From an uncultured Thermoplasmata archaeon (GTDB lineage: Archaea; Thermoplasmatota; Thermoplasmata; Lutacidiplasmatales; UBA184): a stretch of DNA of 64,000 nt. Both the position numbers and the translations under genes were made by a program. The stretch spans positions 328,161 to 392,160 of the forward strand of contig CAVTJV010000007.1 of NCBI GenBank assembly GCA_963735185.1, read 5' to 3'. The notes under the pieces are model-generated. The model worked only from the letters and a program-made list of their open reading frames with translations, did not search any database and had not been told where the DNA came from. Below, piece after piece: positions 28,292-37,130 of this stretch; the first letter of the stretch is position 1; each line of letters starts with the position of its first letter.

Positions 28292-28350
28292 CGGTTTGAG
28301 AAAAGAAGAGGGGGAAAGGGTTCTGCGCCCCGGTCGGTCGACCGGGGCGC
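28292..28350 (-). terminator. intrinsic-terminator-like element: 12-bp GC hairpin followed by a conserved pyrimidine tract
   Basis: Hairpin GCGCCCCGGTCG-GT-CGACCGGGGCGC at 28325-28350, 22 nt after the stop at 28373. It is followed on the minus strand by AACCCTTTCCCCCTCTTCTTTTCTCAAACCG (28292-28322). Confidence 0.6.
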
Positions 28351-28372
28351 CGGGTTGGCTGGGACCCGTTGT

Positions 28373-31300
28373 CTAACCAATCACCCCGTTCCCGTTGTAG
28401 AGGTACCAGGTGTTGTCCCCACCGCCACCGATGGTCGGGTTCGTGTTGACGCTCGCCGGGTTGATCCACGACGCGTAGGTGGTCACCGCGTTCTCTTGGT
28501 CATAGTAGACGTAGAGGGCGAGGTGGTTCGCGATGTGCTCGACCAGGTTGTACATCAGCACCCGAGCCGGGCCGACCGCCATTCCCGCCGCGGCGGTCAT
28601 TCCGTACTCCATCGCGGCGTAGGCGTTCCCCTGGCAGGCCTGGGGGATGCCCGGGTTCAGGTTCGCCCAGAAGAGCAGGGCCGCCGCCGAGTTGGAGTCG
28701 GTTGGCATACCCGTGGGGGCCGAGGCGCCGCTGCAGGTCCACAGGCTGAGCCCCTGCTGCACGGCGTCCCCCGACGTGTACGTCGCGTTGGCCTCGTAGA
28801 GCGGCACCATGTAGTCCGTCGGGTCGGGGTAGTCAGGTGCCCATCCGAGGTTGAACCACGGCAACGAGGACTGGCCGGGCAGCGCCGAAAGGCTTCCGAC
28901 CACGAGCTGGCTGAACGTCACGTCGAACGTGTTCGGCTCCAGCGTCCCGCCCGAGATCGTGCTGATGTAGGGCATGTAGTCCTGGATCATCTGGTCGACC
29001 GTCGTCGCTCCCTTCTGGCCGATGATCGGGAACTGGCACGGCGCGCTCGTCGTGCAGCTCGAGAGCTCCGGGTCATAGTAGGGGGAGCTCGAGGTGGTCG
29101 CCTGGGTCCACCACCATCCGGCGCTACCGACCGCGCTCGTGCTCGACACCGGGTCCGTGCTCGGCCAGCTGATGTTGGTCGGGTAGTAGTTCCCCATGTA
29201 CTGCGGGATCGCTCCACCGTAGTTGAACCCGTACTGGATCCCGTCCGTCGTGAAGATGGTATTCTCCACGGTGGTGTACGGGAACGCGTTGACGAGGAAC
29301 TCCCGCAGCCCGACGTAGTTGAAGAAGTCCGACGGGATGTTCAGGATGTTCGGGTCGAGTGCCTTCGCCGCCGCCGGGTTGAACTCCATCGCCAGCGGCA
29401 GGAAGAAGACGCTCAGCGTCGGGATGGTGAACGCCCCGATCTTGCCCTCCTGGATCAACGAGAGCATCTGCGGCGTCTCACCGGGCAGGATTGAAGCGAA
29501 GTCGGTCTGTCCCGCCTTGTACTGCTCGATCCCGACCGTGTCGCTCGACTGGTAGACGACCGTCACCGAGGCCACGTAGTTCGCCTTACCGGCCAGCGGC
29601 TCGCAGTTCACCTGGCCCGCGCAGCCCGTCGGGGGCGCGTAGGCAGGGTTCTGGGCCAGCGTGTAGCCGACCGACTGCGAGAACGGCTGGTTGGTCAGGT
29701 AGTACGGGCCCGAGCCGACCATGTTCCACCGAACACCGGGCTGGATTCCCGGCGTGTTCAGCGCCAGCTCCTCGAAGGAGTCCCAGTAGGTGGGGGAGAC
29801 CGACGTGAGCCAGCTCTGGTACGTGCTGTCCGTGGTGCTCGTGGCGCCACCGGGGAGCTTGCAGGGCGCGTCCCCGCTCGCGAGGGCCGGTGTGACAAAG
29901 CCCGGTACGGACGCGCCCTGGGCGCTGAACCAACCGCATGGCTCGACCGACGCACCCAATGGGTCGGTGATGAGTTCAAGGAAGAACGGCCAGGCCGCCC
30001 CTCCTCCCCACGCGCTGAAGGTGATGCACCCGTTCGAGACCGTCATCACGGCGGTCGGACAGTACGTGCTGTCGTTGATCAGCATCGACCCCATGATGTT
30101 TGCCGGAGTGTTGTTGAACGGCGTGTGGATCGCGCTGTCCCACTTGGCGTTCCCGTTGGGCAGGAGCGCCTGGCACTGGATCCAGCCGGGTTGGGCGCCG
30201 AATCCCGGAAGGTCTGCGAAGGCGCACGTCCGGGCCAGCGAGAACGCCACGTCCGACGGGTAGACCGGCCAGCTGACCTTGGTCGTCGGGTCGTAGAACC
30301 GAGCGGCCGGGTCGATTGGGAAGGTGAAGTACCGCGGGGAGGAACCCGTGCCGTTGTTGACGATCATGGTGTTCCCGCTGAACTTCGCCGCGCAGCCCGG
30401 CCCGGGCACGCAGAGAGAGAGCTGAGGCACGAACGACGCCGTGCTGCTCCCGTTGTAGGTCACGAGCGTCTGGTAGACGTTGAGGATCGGCTCGTAGCTG
30501 ATGGTATCGTAAGCTACCGAGGGGTCCTCGGAGGTGGCGCCTCCCGGGGCGACCTCCTGGTAAATGATCTGTCCCGTGTGTGGGCTCTTCGACTGACCGG
30601 TGTTGCCTGAGCAGCTACCGCAGCCCGGAGCGACCCCGGTGGGAGAGACATAGACCGTCCAGGTGTAGTTCTGGTAGATCGTTCCAGTCGGTGCGGTGAT
30701 CGCCCCGACCATGGTGATGTAGTAGAGACCCGCGGTGCTGAACGCGTAGGACGCCGCCACGCTGGTCGGCGTGGAGACGAGGCCCGACTGGACCCCGCCC
30801 GTCGAAGCGAGCGTCGGGGCCTTGTCGGTGTAGCCCGTGGCCGTGGAGTTGCTTGTGTACTTCGCGGAAACGCTCACGGACCCGGAGCCGGAGAGCCAGC
30901 CGAACTGGGTGCTCGCCGTGCTTCCGTTGGTGAACGTGGTTTGGATCGAGGGGTAGAAACCGGAGTAGGACGTCTGATAGCTGGGAGTCACGTCGATCGG
31001 GTAGAGGGATTTCGGACCTGTGTGCCAGGTCGACCCGACCAGCGCCTGGGCGCTGATGACGTACCATCCCATCGTGGAGTAGATATGGTTCGAGGTCGGG
31101 CTAGATCCCGAGTAGTTCGAACCGTCGCCCCAGTAGATCGTGTACGTCGTGACGGCTTCCCCGCCGGATACGGCGACGGTCGCCGGTATGCTCGTTCCCT
31201 GTGTGGTGGTCGCCACGGCCTGGCCGAAGCCGGCGCCGTAGGGGACCGACAGCACCACATCCGTCAGTCCGGACGTGGACAGACAGGCGGGGCTGTTCGG

Positions 31301-31480
31301 CGGGGAACACGTGCTAATCGTTTTGTTCCCACTACCGGAAACCGCGCTCAAAGCCGCGAACCCGGCGCCACCGACAACCACGATCACGACGACCATCACG
31401 ACAATGGCCATCGTCATCGACATTCCTCTTCGACCCAGTCGGACAGACCCACCGACCGTACTCTCGTTCTCACCCGACAT
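28373..31480 (-). CDS. ABC transporter substrate-binding protein, family 5 (OppA-like), giant, N-terminally anchored
   Basis: N-terminal TM MAIVVMVVVIVVVGGAGFAAL and a ~300-aa Ser/Thr/Gly-rich beta-type extension. An SBP_5-like body follows (VAYDTISYEPILNVYQTLVTY, GSGPYYLTNQ). Many NxS/T sequons. Confidence 0.8.
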   Translation of the reverse strand: MSGENESTVGGSVRLGRRGMSMTMAIVVMVVVIVVVGGAGFAALSAVSGSGNKTISTCSPPNSPACLSTSGLTDVVLSVPYGAGFGQAVATTTQGTSIPATVAVSGGEAVTTYTIYWGDGSNYSGSSPTSNHIYSTMGWYVISAQALVGSTWHTGPKSLYPIDVTPSYQTSYSGFYPSIQTTFTNGSTASTQFGWLSGSGSVSVSAKYTSNSTATGYTDKAPTLASTGGVQSGLVSTPTSVAASYAFSTAGLYYITMVGAITAPTGTIYQNYTWTVYVSPTGVAPGCGSCSGNTGQSKSPHTGQIIYQEVAPGGATSEDPSVAYDTISYEPILNVYQTLVTYNGSSTASFVPQLSLCVPGPGCAAKFSGNTMIVNNGTGSSPRYFTFPIDPAARFYDPTTKVSWPVYPSDVAFSLARTCAFADLPGFGAQPGWIQCQALLPNGNAKWDSAIHTPFNNTPANIMGSMLINDSTYCPTAVMTVSNGCITFSAWGGGAAWPFFLELITDPLGASVEPCGWFSAQGASVPGFVTPALASGDAPCKLPGGATSTTDSTYQSWLTSVSPTYWDSFEELALNTPGIQPGVRWNMVGSGPYYLTNQPFSQSVGYTLAQNPAYAPPTGCAGQVNCEPLAGKANYVASVTVVYQSSDTVGIEQYKAGQTDFASILPGETPQMLSLIQEGKIGAFTIPTLSVFFLPLAMEFNPAAAKALDPNILNIPSDFFNYVGLREFLVNAFPYTTVENTIFTTDGIQYGFNYGGAIPQYMGNYYPTNISWPSTDPVSSTSAVGSAGWWWTQATTSSSPYYDPELSSCTTSAPCQFPIIGQKGATTVDQMIQDYMPYISTISGGTLEPNTFDVTFSQLVVGSLSALPGQSSLPWFNLGWAPDYPDPTDYMVPLYEANATYTSGDAVQQGLSLWTCSGASAPTGMPTDSNSAAALLFWANLNPGIPQACQGNAYAAMEYGMTAAAGMAVGPARVLMYNLVEHIANHLALYVYYDQENAVTTYASWINPASVNTNPTIGGGGDNTWYLYNGNGVIG

Positions 31481-31530
31481 GAACCCACTCGCGTCCCCAA
31501 AGGAGACGGCCCCCAGACCTCGAAGCCGCT

Positions 31531-31537
31531 ATATATA
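31531..31537. promoter_or_regulatory. symmetric ATATATA box in the divergent SBP/rpe intergenic region
   Basis: This is the only AT-rich element between ATG 31480 (minus) and ATG 31548 / GTG 31560 (plus). Confidence 0.45.
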
Positions 31538-31547
31538 CTCTTACGAG

Positions 31548-32255
31548 ATGGCGCCGCTCGTGTCGCAGGGCGGCCGGAGGCTCCGCCTTGCGCCGTCGCT
31601 CCTCAGTGCAGATTTCGCGGCGCTGGGCGACGCGGTCCGAGCCGCGGAAGCGGGCGGCGCTGACGCGTTCCATCTCGATGTCATGGACGGCCATTTCGTC
31701 CCGAACATCTCGTTCGGCCCTGCGCTCGTCGCAGCTGTGCGGGCGCACACGAAGCGGCCGCTCGACGTTCACCTCATGATCGAGGAACCGCTCCGTTACC
31801 TGGAGGCGTTTCACAAGGCTGGAGGCGACACCTTGGTCTTCCATGTCGAATCGCGCTCCGACCCTATGGCGGTGGTTCGCGAGGGACACCGCCTCGGCGT
31901 GGCGGTCGGCGCCGCGGTCCGCCCCGACACACCGTTCTCTGCGGTCGAACCGCTCCTCGACCGGCTCGACCAGGTCCTCGTGATGAGCGTCCAGCCGGGA
32001 TTCTCGGGCCAGAAGTTCATCCCGGACGTCCTGCCCAAGGTCCGGGTCGCGCGCGAGCGCCTCGACGCGGCGGGTTCGGCCGCGGACATCTCGATCGATG
32101 GAGGAGTGAACGAAAAGACAGCCGCCGACGCAGCGGCCGCCGGCGCGACGTTCTTCGTTTGCGGCAACTCCGCCTTCAATGACCAAGACATCGGCGAGAA
32201 CCTCCAGCGTCTGCGCGCGAGCGTAGAGAAGGGGGCGGCCCGTGCGGTTCGCTGA
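31548..32255 (+). CDS. rpe: ribulose-phosphate 3-epimerase
   Basis: APSLLSADFAALG, HLDVMDGHFVPN, MSVQPGFSGQKF, IDGGVN. In-frame GTG 31560 is an alternative leaderless start. Confidence 0.9.
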   Translation: MAPLVSQGGRRLRLAPSLLSADFAALGDAVRAAEAGGADAFHLDVMDGHFVPNISFGPALVAAVRAHTKRPLDVHLMIEEPLRYLEAFHKAGGDTLVFHVESRSDPMAVVREGHRLGVAVGAAVRPDTPFSAVEPLLDRLDQVLVMSVQPGFSGQKFIPDVLPKVRVARERLDAAGSAADISIDGGVNEKTAADAAAAGATFFVCGNSAFNDQDIGENLQRLRASVEKGAARAVR

Positions 32256-34029
32256 CCTCTGTGCGGCGTTCGAACGGCTCGAGGCGACGCCGAAGCGCCT
32301 CGAGATGCGGTCGATCCTGGCCGACCTGGTCCGGCCGCTGCGTCCTCCGGACCTCGGGAGGGTGCTCTACCTAGCCCAAGGGCTCCTTCGGCCGGAGTAC
32401 GAGGGGGTCGAGCTCGGGATGGCCGACTCGCTCGCGCGGCGGGCGGTCGCGACCGCGACGCATTCCGAGGAGACCACCGTCGCCCGGCGGACGAAGGAGT
32501 CCGGGGACCTCGGCACGACGGCCGGCGAGCTCCTCGCCGGCGTCCGGCGGCTCGAGGAGACGCCGCCGCTCCAGGTGGCGGAGGTCTACGCCGAGCTGAC
32601 CCGAATCGCCGAGGCGAAGGGCGCGGGTTCGCAGGACGTCAAGGTCGATATCCTGTCGGAGCTCCTCGTTCGAGCCTCGCCGACCGAGGGTAAGTTCCTC
32701 GTGCGGTTCGTCCTCGGTACCCTGCGAGTCGGCGTTCGCGAGATGACGATCCTGGACGCCCTGGCGGAGGCGTTCGGCGACGGGTCGAAGACGGTTCGTC
32801 AGCAGATCGAGTCGGCGTTCAACCTCTCGAGCGACCTCGAGCTGGTCGCCAACGTCCTCGTCGAGAAGGGCGTGGAGGGCCTTGCGACCGTTTCCCTCGA
32901 GGTCGGTCGACCCATGCGAGCGATGCTCGCGGAGCGGGAACCGAACCTCGCGGCCGTGCTCAAACGGATGGACGGACGGGCGGCGTTCGAGTACAAGTAC
33001 GACGGGCTGCGCGTCCAGGCCCACATCCCGAAGAACGGCCCGGTCCGCCTCTTCTCCCGTCGGCTCGAGGAGATCAGCGCCCAGTTCCCCGAGCTCGTAG
33101 AAGAGCTCCCCCGGGCCGTCCGGTCGGTCCCGGCGATCCTCGAGGGCGAGTGCGTGCCCATCGACCCGGACACCGACGAGATCCAGCCGTTCCAGCAGGT
33201 ATCGCGGCGGCGCGGTCGCAAGCACGACCTCGACCGGGTCCGCGGCGAGGTGCCGGTGTGTCTGTTCACGTTCGACATCTTCCTCCTCTCCGGGACGCCC
33301 GTCTACGGGAAGCCGTTCCCCGAGCGGCGCGCGCTGCTCGAGAAGGCGCTGAACCCCACCGAACGGGTGCGGCTCGCGGTTCAGCGGGTCGTGACGACTG
33401 AGGAGGAGGCCCAGAGCTTCTTCGACGAGGCGATCGCGGCTGGCGGCGAGGGGATCATGGCCAAGTCCCTCGCGGAAGGGAGCGCGTACCGTGCGGGGGC
33501 CCGGGGGTTCTGGTGGATTAAGTACAAGCGCGAGTACACGGCCGGTCTCTCCGACTCCATCGATGGCGTGGTGGTGGGCGGGTTCCAGGGACGCGGTCGT
33601 CGGGCCGGTCGGTACGGGGCGTTCCTGCTCGCCGTCTACAACCCGAAGCTCGACCGCTTCGAAACCTTTTGCAAGGTCGGCTCGGGGTTCGACGATGCCC
33701 AGCTCGCCGAGATGCCGAAGCGGCTCCACCGCTTCGAGGTCGACGAGCGGCCTCCGGAAGTGGTTACGGGCCTAACCCCCGACCGGTGGATGCGACCGGG
33801 CGTCGTCCTCGAGGTTCGGGGCGCGGAGCTCACCCTGAGCCCGGTCCACCGGGCCGGTCTCGGCGCGATCCGGCCGGGGGCGGGGCTCGCGCTCCGGTTC
33901 CCCCGATTCACCGGCCACTTTCGCGACGACAGGAGCGCCTCCGAGGCAACCACGACCCAGGAGCTCCTGCGCCTCTATCGCACGCAGGTCCGCCAGGAGA
34001 CCCCGGAGCCCGCCCCCGACTCGAGCTGA
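32242..34029 (+). CDS. lig: ATP-dependent DNA ligase
   Basis: Adenylation motif EYKYDGLRVQAH, then ...EGIMAK..., WIKYKREY. 595 aa. Confidence 0.9.
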   Translation: MRFADLCAAFERLEATPKRLEMRSILADLVRPLRPPDLGRVLYLAQGLLRPEYEGVELGMADSLARRAVATATHSEETTVARRTKESGDLGTTAGELLAGVRRLEETPPLQVAEVYAELTRIAEAKGAGSQDVKVDILSELLVRASPTEGKFLVRFVLGTLRVGVREMTILDALAEAFGDGSKTVRQQIESAFNLSSDLELVANVLVEKGVEGLATVSLEVGRPMRAMLAEREPNLAAVLKRMDGRAAFEYKYDGLRVQAHIPKNGPVRLFSRRLEEISAQFPELVEELPRAVRSVPAILEGECVPIDPDTDEIQPFQQVSRRRGRKHDLDRVRGEVPVCLFTFDIFLLSGTPVYGKPFPERRALLEKALNPTERVRLAVQRVVTTEEEAQSFFDEAIAAGGEGIMAKSLAEGSAYRAGARGFWWIKYKREYTAGLSDSIDGVVVGGFQGRGRRAGRYGAFLLAVYNPKLDRFETFCKVGSGFDDAQLAEMPKRLHRFEVDERPPEVVTGLTPDRWMRPGVVLEVRGAELTLSPVHRAGLGAIRPGAGLALRFPRFTGHFRDDRSASEATTTQELLRLYRTQVRQETPEPAPDSS

Positions 34030-34123
34030 ACCGGGACGGCCGAGGGAGACGGGCGAGGCGGGTTCGTCTCGGCCCAAAGGCATAAGAAGGGCCGGCCCCG
34101 TCGCTCGCCGACGGTAACAGACC

Positions 34124-34423
34124 ATGCTGGTCGAGATGACGGAACTCCTGGGACGGCAGATCTACACGCCGGACGGCCGACTGCTCGGGGATGTCGACAA
34201 CGTGGTCGTCGACGTCGAGACGGCCAAGATCGACGGCCTATATGTCGACGAGACCAGCCCGATGTTAGTTGAGGACTCCCGGCCCACCAACATCCCGTAC
34301 CGATGGGTGGCGGCGGTAAACGACGTGGTCCTCCTGAAGTACTTCCCGCGCCGGGTCTCCGTCAAGAAGACCCCGACGCGCGCGGCGAAGGAAGAGGGAC
34401 CGGTCGCTCCTCCCGCACGGTAG
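34124..34423 (+). CDS. PRC-barrel domain protein
   Basis: LLGRQIYTPDGRLLGDVDNVVVDVETAKIDGLYV is typical of archaeal PRC-barrel proteins. Confidence 0.65.
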   Translation: MLVEMTELLGRQIYTPDGRLLGDVDNVVVDVETAKIDGLYVDETSPMLVEDSRPTNIPYRWVAAVNDVVLLKYFPRRVSVKKTPTRAAKEEGPVAPPAR

Positions 34424-34427
34424 TGCT

Positions 34428-34532
34428 GCGGGGATAGCCAAGCCCGGTCAACGGCGCAGGACTTAAAGGGCGGTCGACGCCGAAGAGATCCTGCCGCGCA
34501 GGCGTTCGCCGGTTCAAATCCGGCTCCCCGCT
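34428..34532 (+). tRNA. tRNA-Leu (anticodon TAA) with a 20-nt intron
   Basis: Acceptor GCGGGGA/TCCCCGC. Anticodon stem CAGGA/TCCTG with loop CT-TAA-A, and an intron at 34468-34487 after position 37. Long variable arm, T arm GCCGG-TTCAAAT-CCGGC, no encoded CCA. Confidence 0.85.
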
Positions 34533-34589
34533 TCGCCCTCCACCACGGCTCCCCTCAACGTCTTCTCTCCGGGGGGGCTCCGGGTCCTC

Positions 34590-35201
34590 GTGAGACGAGA
34601 GGAGCTCGTTCGGCGGATCCAGTCGGTGCCCGTTCCGCCCCAACCGTCCGCCCCGCTCGAACAGGTGGCGACCCCCGCCGAGGCCGCCGTCGACCTCCTC
34701 GTCACCCTCGACCGGCGGTTCGGCCTCGCGGGCCGGTCCGTGCTCGACCTCGGATGCGGGACAGGCCGCCTTGCCATCGGCGCGGCCCTGCTCGGAGCGG
34801 ACCCCGTCATCGGGGTCGAGGTCGACCCCACGCTCGTCCCGATCGCTGAGGCCGCGGCCCGCGCCGCGAAGGCGATGGTCGACTTCCGGGTCTCGGATGT
34901 CGCAACGTGGGACGACCCGGCCGACGTGGTGGTCATGAACGCCCCGTTCGGGGCCCAGCACCGGCACGCCGACCGGCCGTTCTGGGACCGCGCCTTCACC
35001 CTCGCGGGCCGCTCGATCGGCGCGTTCGCTTCCTCGACCTCCCGAACCTTTATAGCGCGACTCGCGCTCGGTCGCGGCGCCCACGTTGTCGAGGTCGAGC
35101 CGGTTCGCTGGGACCTGCCCCGGACGTTCCCGCACCATCGCGCCGCGACCGTCCGACTCGCCGTCGACCGCTGGGTAATCGAAACCGGAACGGAGCCATG
35201 A
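34590..35201 (+). CDS. SAM-dependent methyltransferase (METTL5/COG2263-like putative RNA methylase)
   Basis: VLDLGCGTGRLAIGAALLGA (motif I) and VVMNAPFG (motif IV). GTG start. Confidence 0.7.
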   Translation: MRREELVRRIQSVPVPPQPSAPLEQVATPAEAAVDLLVTLDRRFGLAGRSVLDLGCGTGRLAIGAALLGADPVIGVEVDPTLVPIAEAAARAAKAMVDFRVSDVATWDDPADVVVMNAPFGAQHRHADRPFWDRAFTLAGRSIGAFASSTSRTFIARLALGRGAHVVEVEPVRWDLPRTFPHHRAATVRLAVDRWVIETGTEP

Positions 35202-35797
35202 CACCACCCCCCGATGAAGCGAAGTTCGTCCTCCCCGGCGACTACCTCGGGACCGCGGAAGAGTTCCTTCCCGGTCGGGGCACGTACGAGAACCGGGGGC
35301 GGATCTACGCGTCGGTCCTCGGGACCTCCCACGTCGACCCGAGGGACCGGACGGTCCGTGTCGAGGCCCGGAACGCGGTCCCCGAGATCCAGGAGGGGGA
35401 TATCGTCTACGCGCGCGTGGACGAACTCAAGACCGCGATGGCGATCTGCACGATCCTGACGACCTCCGCGAGCCGGCGTCCGGTCCCCGGCGAGCCGGAG
35501 GGAACCGTCCACGTCTCGAAGGCGAAGGAAGGGTACACGGAGTCGCTCGCGAGCGAGTTCGCGGTCGGGGACATCATCCTCGCCAAGGTCCTCCAGTCGC
35601 ACCCGTCGGTCAAGCTGACGACCGCCCCGTCGTCCCTCGGGGTCGTCTCTGCTCGGTGCCAGGTCTGCCACAACCTTCTCGCCCACCGCCCGAAGGGGCT
35701 CGAGTGTCCCCGTTGCGGCCACCGGGAGCAGCGCAAGCTCGCCCACGGTCCCGCGTTCCCGGCGCCCCCGGCGGCGGAAACCCCCGATGCCCGGTGA
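35198..35797 (+). CDS. csl4: exosome complex RNA-binding protein Csl4
   Basis: VLPGDYLGTAEEFLPGRGTY, an S1-like centre and a C-terminal Zn ribbon CQVC...CPRCG. ATGA overlap with the upstream gene. Confidence 0.85.
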   Translation: MTPPPDEAKFVLPGDYLGTAEEFLPGRGTYENRGRIYASVLGTSHVDPRDRTVRVEARNAVPEIQEGDIVYARVDELKTAMAICTILTTSASRRPVPGEPEGTVHVSKAKEGYTESLASEFAVGDIILAKVLQSHPSVKLTTAPSSLGVVSARCQVCHNLLAHRPKGLECPRCGHREQRKLAHGPAFPAPPAAETPDAR

Positions 35798-37010
35798 GGA
35801 GGAGCGGCGGCTCGCCGCGCTCGTCCGGGCCCACGACCGCTGGCGCGGCCGAGAAGTGTTCAACCTCCTGCCGAGCGAGAACGCCGTTTCCCCCGTGGCG
35901 CGGCGGTACCTCGGCAGCGACCTTGCCGGTCGGTACACCCTTCCGATCACCACCGACTTCCACGGGGAGGTGATCGACAACAGCTACACCGGGACCCGCT
36001 ACACCGACCGCATCGAAGCCCTTGCCAACGCCGCTGCGGCCCGCCTCTTCCACGGCCGGTTCGCGACGACCCGACCGCTCTCGGGTCACATCGCCGCGCT
36101 CTCCGCCCTCGTCCCGCTGCTGCCCCCGAAGTCCCGGATCCTCGCGATCTCTCCCGACGAGGGGGGATACGATGGGTACGCTCCCGGGTACATCCCGGCC
36201 GTCTTCGGCTACACGGTCCGGCCCTTGCCGACCGATGGTCCCACGCACCGCGTCAACGCCGAGGTCGCGGTCGACACGATCCGTCGCGAGCGTCCACACG
36301 CCGTCGTGCTCGGTCAGAGCTTCTTCCTGTTCCCCTACCCGCTCCGGGAGATCGCCGAGGCCGCCCACGCGACGGATGCCCTCGTCCTCTACGATGCCTC
36401 TCATGTCCTTGGCTTGGTGGCGGGCGGCCAATTCCAGGACCCCCTGCGCGAAGGCGCCGACGTCCTCTACGGGAGCACCCACAAGTCGCTCCCCGGGCCC
36501 CAGGGCGGGCTCTTGGTGACGGACCGGGAGGACCTCTTCCGTCAGCTCGACCCCGCGCTCGTCTGGCGGGTCTTCGACAACGCGCACTGGAACCGGATCG
36601 CCGCGCTCGCCCAGACCCTGCTCGAGCTCGAACGGTGCGGCAGCGACTACGCCAAGACCGTCGTCGCGAACGCCCAAGCGCTCGGTTCGGAGCTCGCCCG
36701 GGGACGGTTCCCGCTCATCGGCGAGGAGGACGGATTCACGCGCTCCCATCAGCTCCACATCGACCGTCCCCGCCTCCGGAGCGAGATGAACCTGGGGGGC
36801 GGGGAGCTGGCCCGTCGGCTTGAGCGTCAGCGGCTGCTCATCGACCTCGTCGGACGGGTCGGGACCGCCGAGGTGGCCCGGCTCGGCCTGGTCCCTGAGG
36901 AGATGCCGAGGCTCGCCGACCTGCTCATCCGAGGCGGACTGCGGGGCGACCGGGTCGCGAACGAGGTCCTCGCCTGGCGCCGGACGTTCCGGAAGCTCCG
37001 CTTCGCGTGA
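35787..37010 (+). CDS. glyA: serine hydroxymethyltransferase
   Basis: FNLLPSENAVSP and the PLP-lysine region GSTHKSLPGPQGG. Confidence 0.8.
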   Translation: MPGEEERRLAALVRAHDRWRGREVFNLLPSENAVSPVARRYLGSDLAGRYTLPITTDFHGEVIDNSYTGTRYTDRIEALANAAAARLFHGRFATTRPLSGHIAALSALVPLLPPKSRILAISPDEGGYDGYAPGYIPAVFGYTVRPLPTDGPTHRVNAEVAVDTIRRERPHAVVLGQSFFLFPYPLREIAEAAHATDALVLYDASHVLGLVAGGQFQDPLREGADVLYGSTHKSLPGPQGGLLVTDREDLFRQLDPALVWRVFDNAHWNRIAALAQTLLELERCGSDYAKTVVANAQALGSELARGRFPLIGEEDGFTRSHQLHIDRPRLRSEMNLGGGELARRLERQRLLIDLVGRVGTAEVARLGLVPEEMPRLADLLIRGGLRGDRVANEVLAWRRTFRKLRFA

Positions 37011-37066
37011 CGCGACCCGCCCCTCGTGGCGCGCCGCCCGGGACTGCGATGGGTGGGTAGGCTAAC

Positions 37067-37124
37067 CGGTTGTGAAAAAGAGAAGGGGGAAAGGGTTGGT
37101 CCGAGGCCGCCTACCTCGCCGACC
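37067..37124 (-). terminator. second copy of the hairpin plus conserved pyrimidine-tract terminator element
   Basis: Imperfect hairpin GGTC-CGAGG...CCTCG-cc-GACC at 37098-37124, 6 nt after the stop at 37131. It is followed on the minus strand by AACCCTTTCCCCCTTCTCTTTTTCACAACCG (37067-37097). Confidence 0.55.
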
Positions 37125-37130
37125 GTCGAT

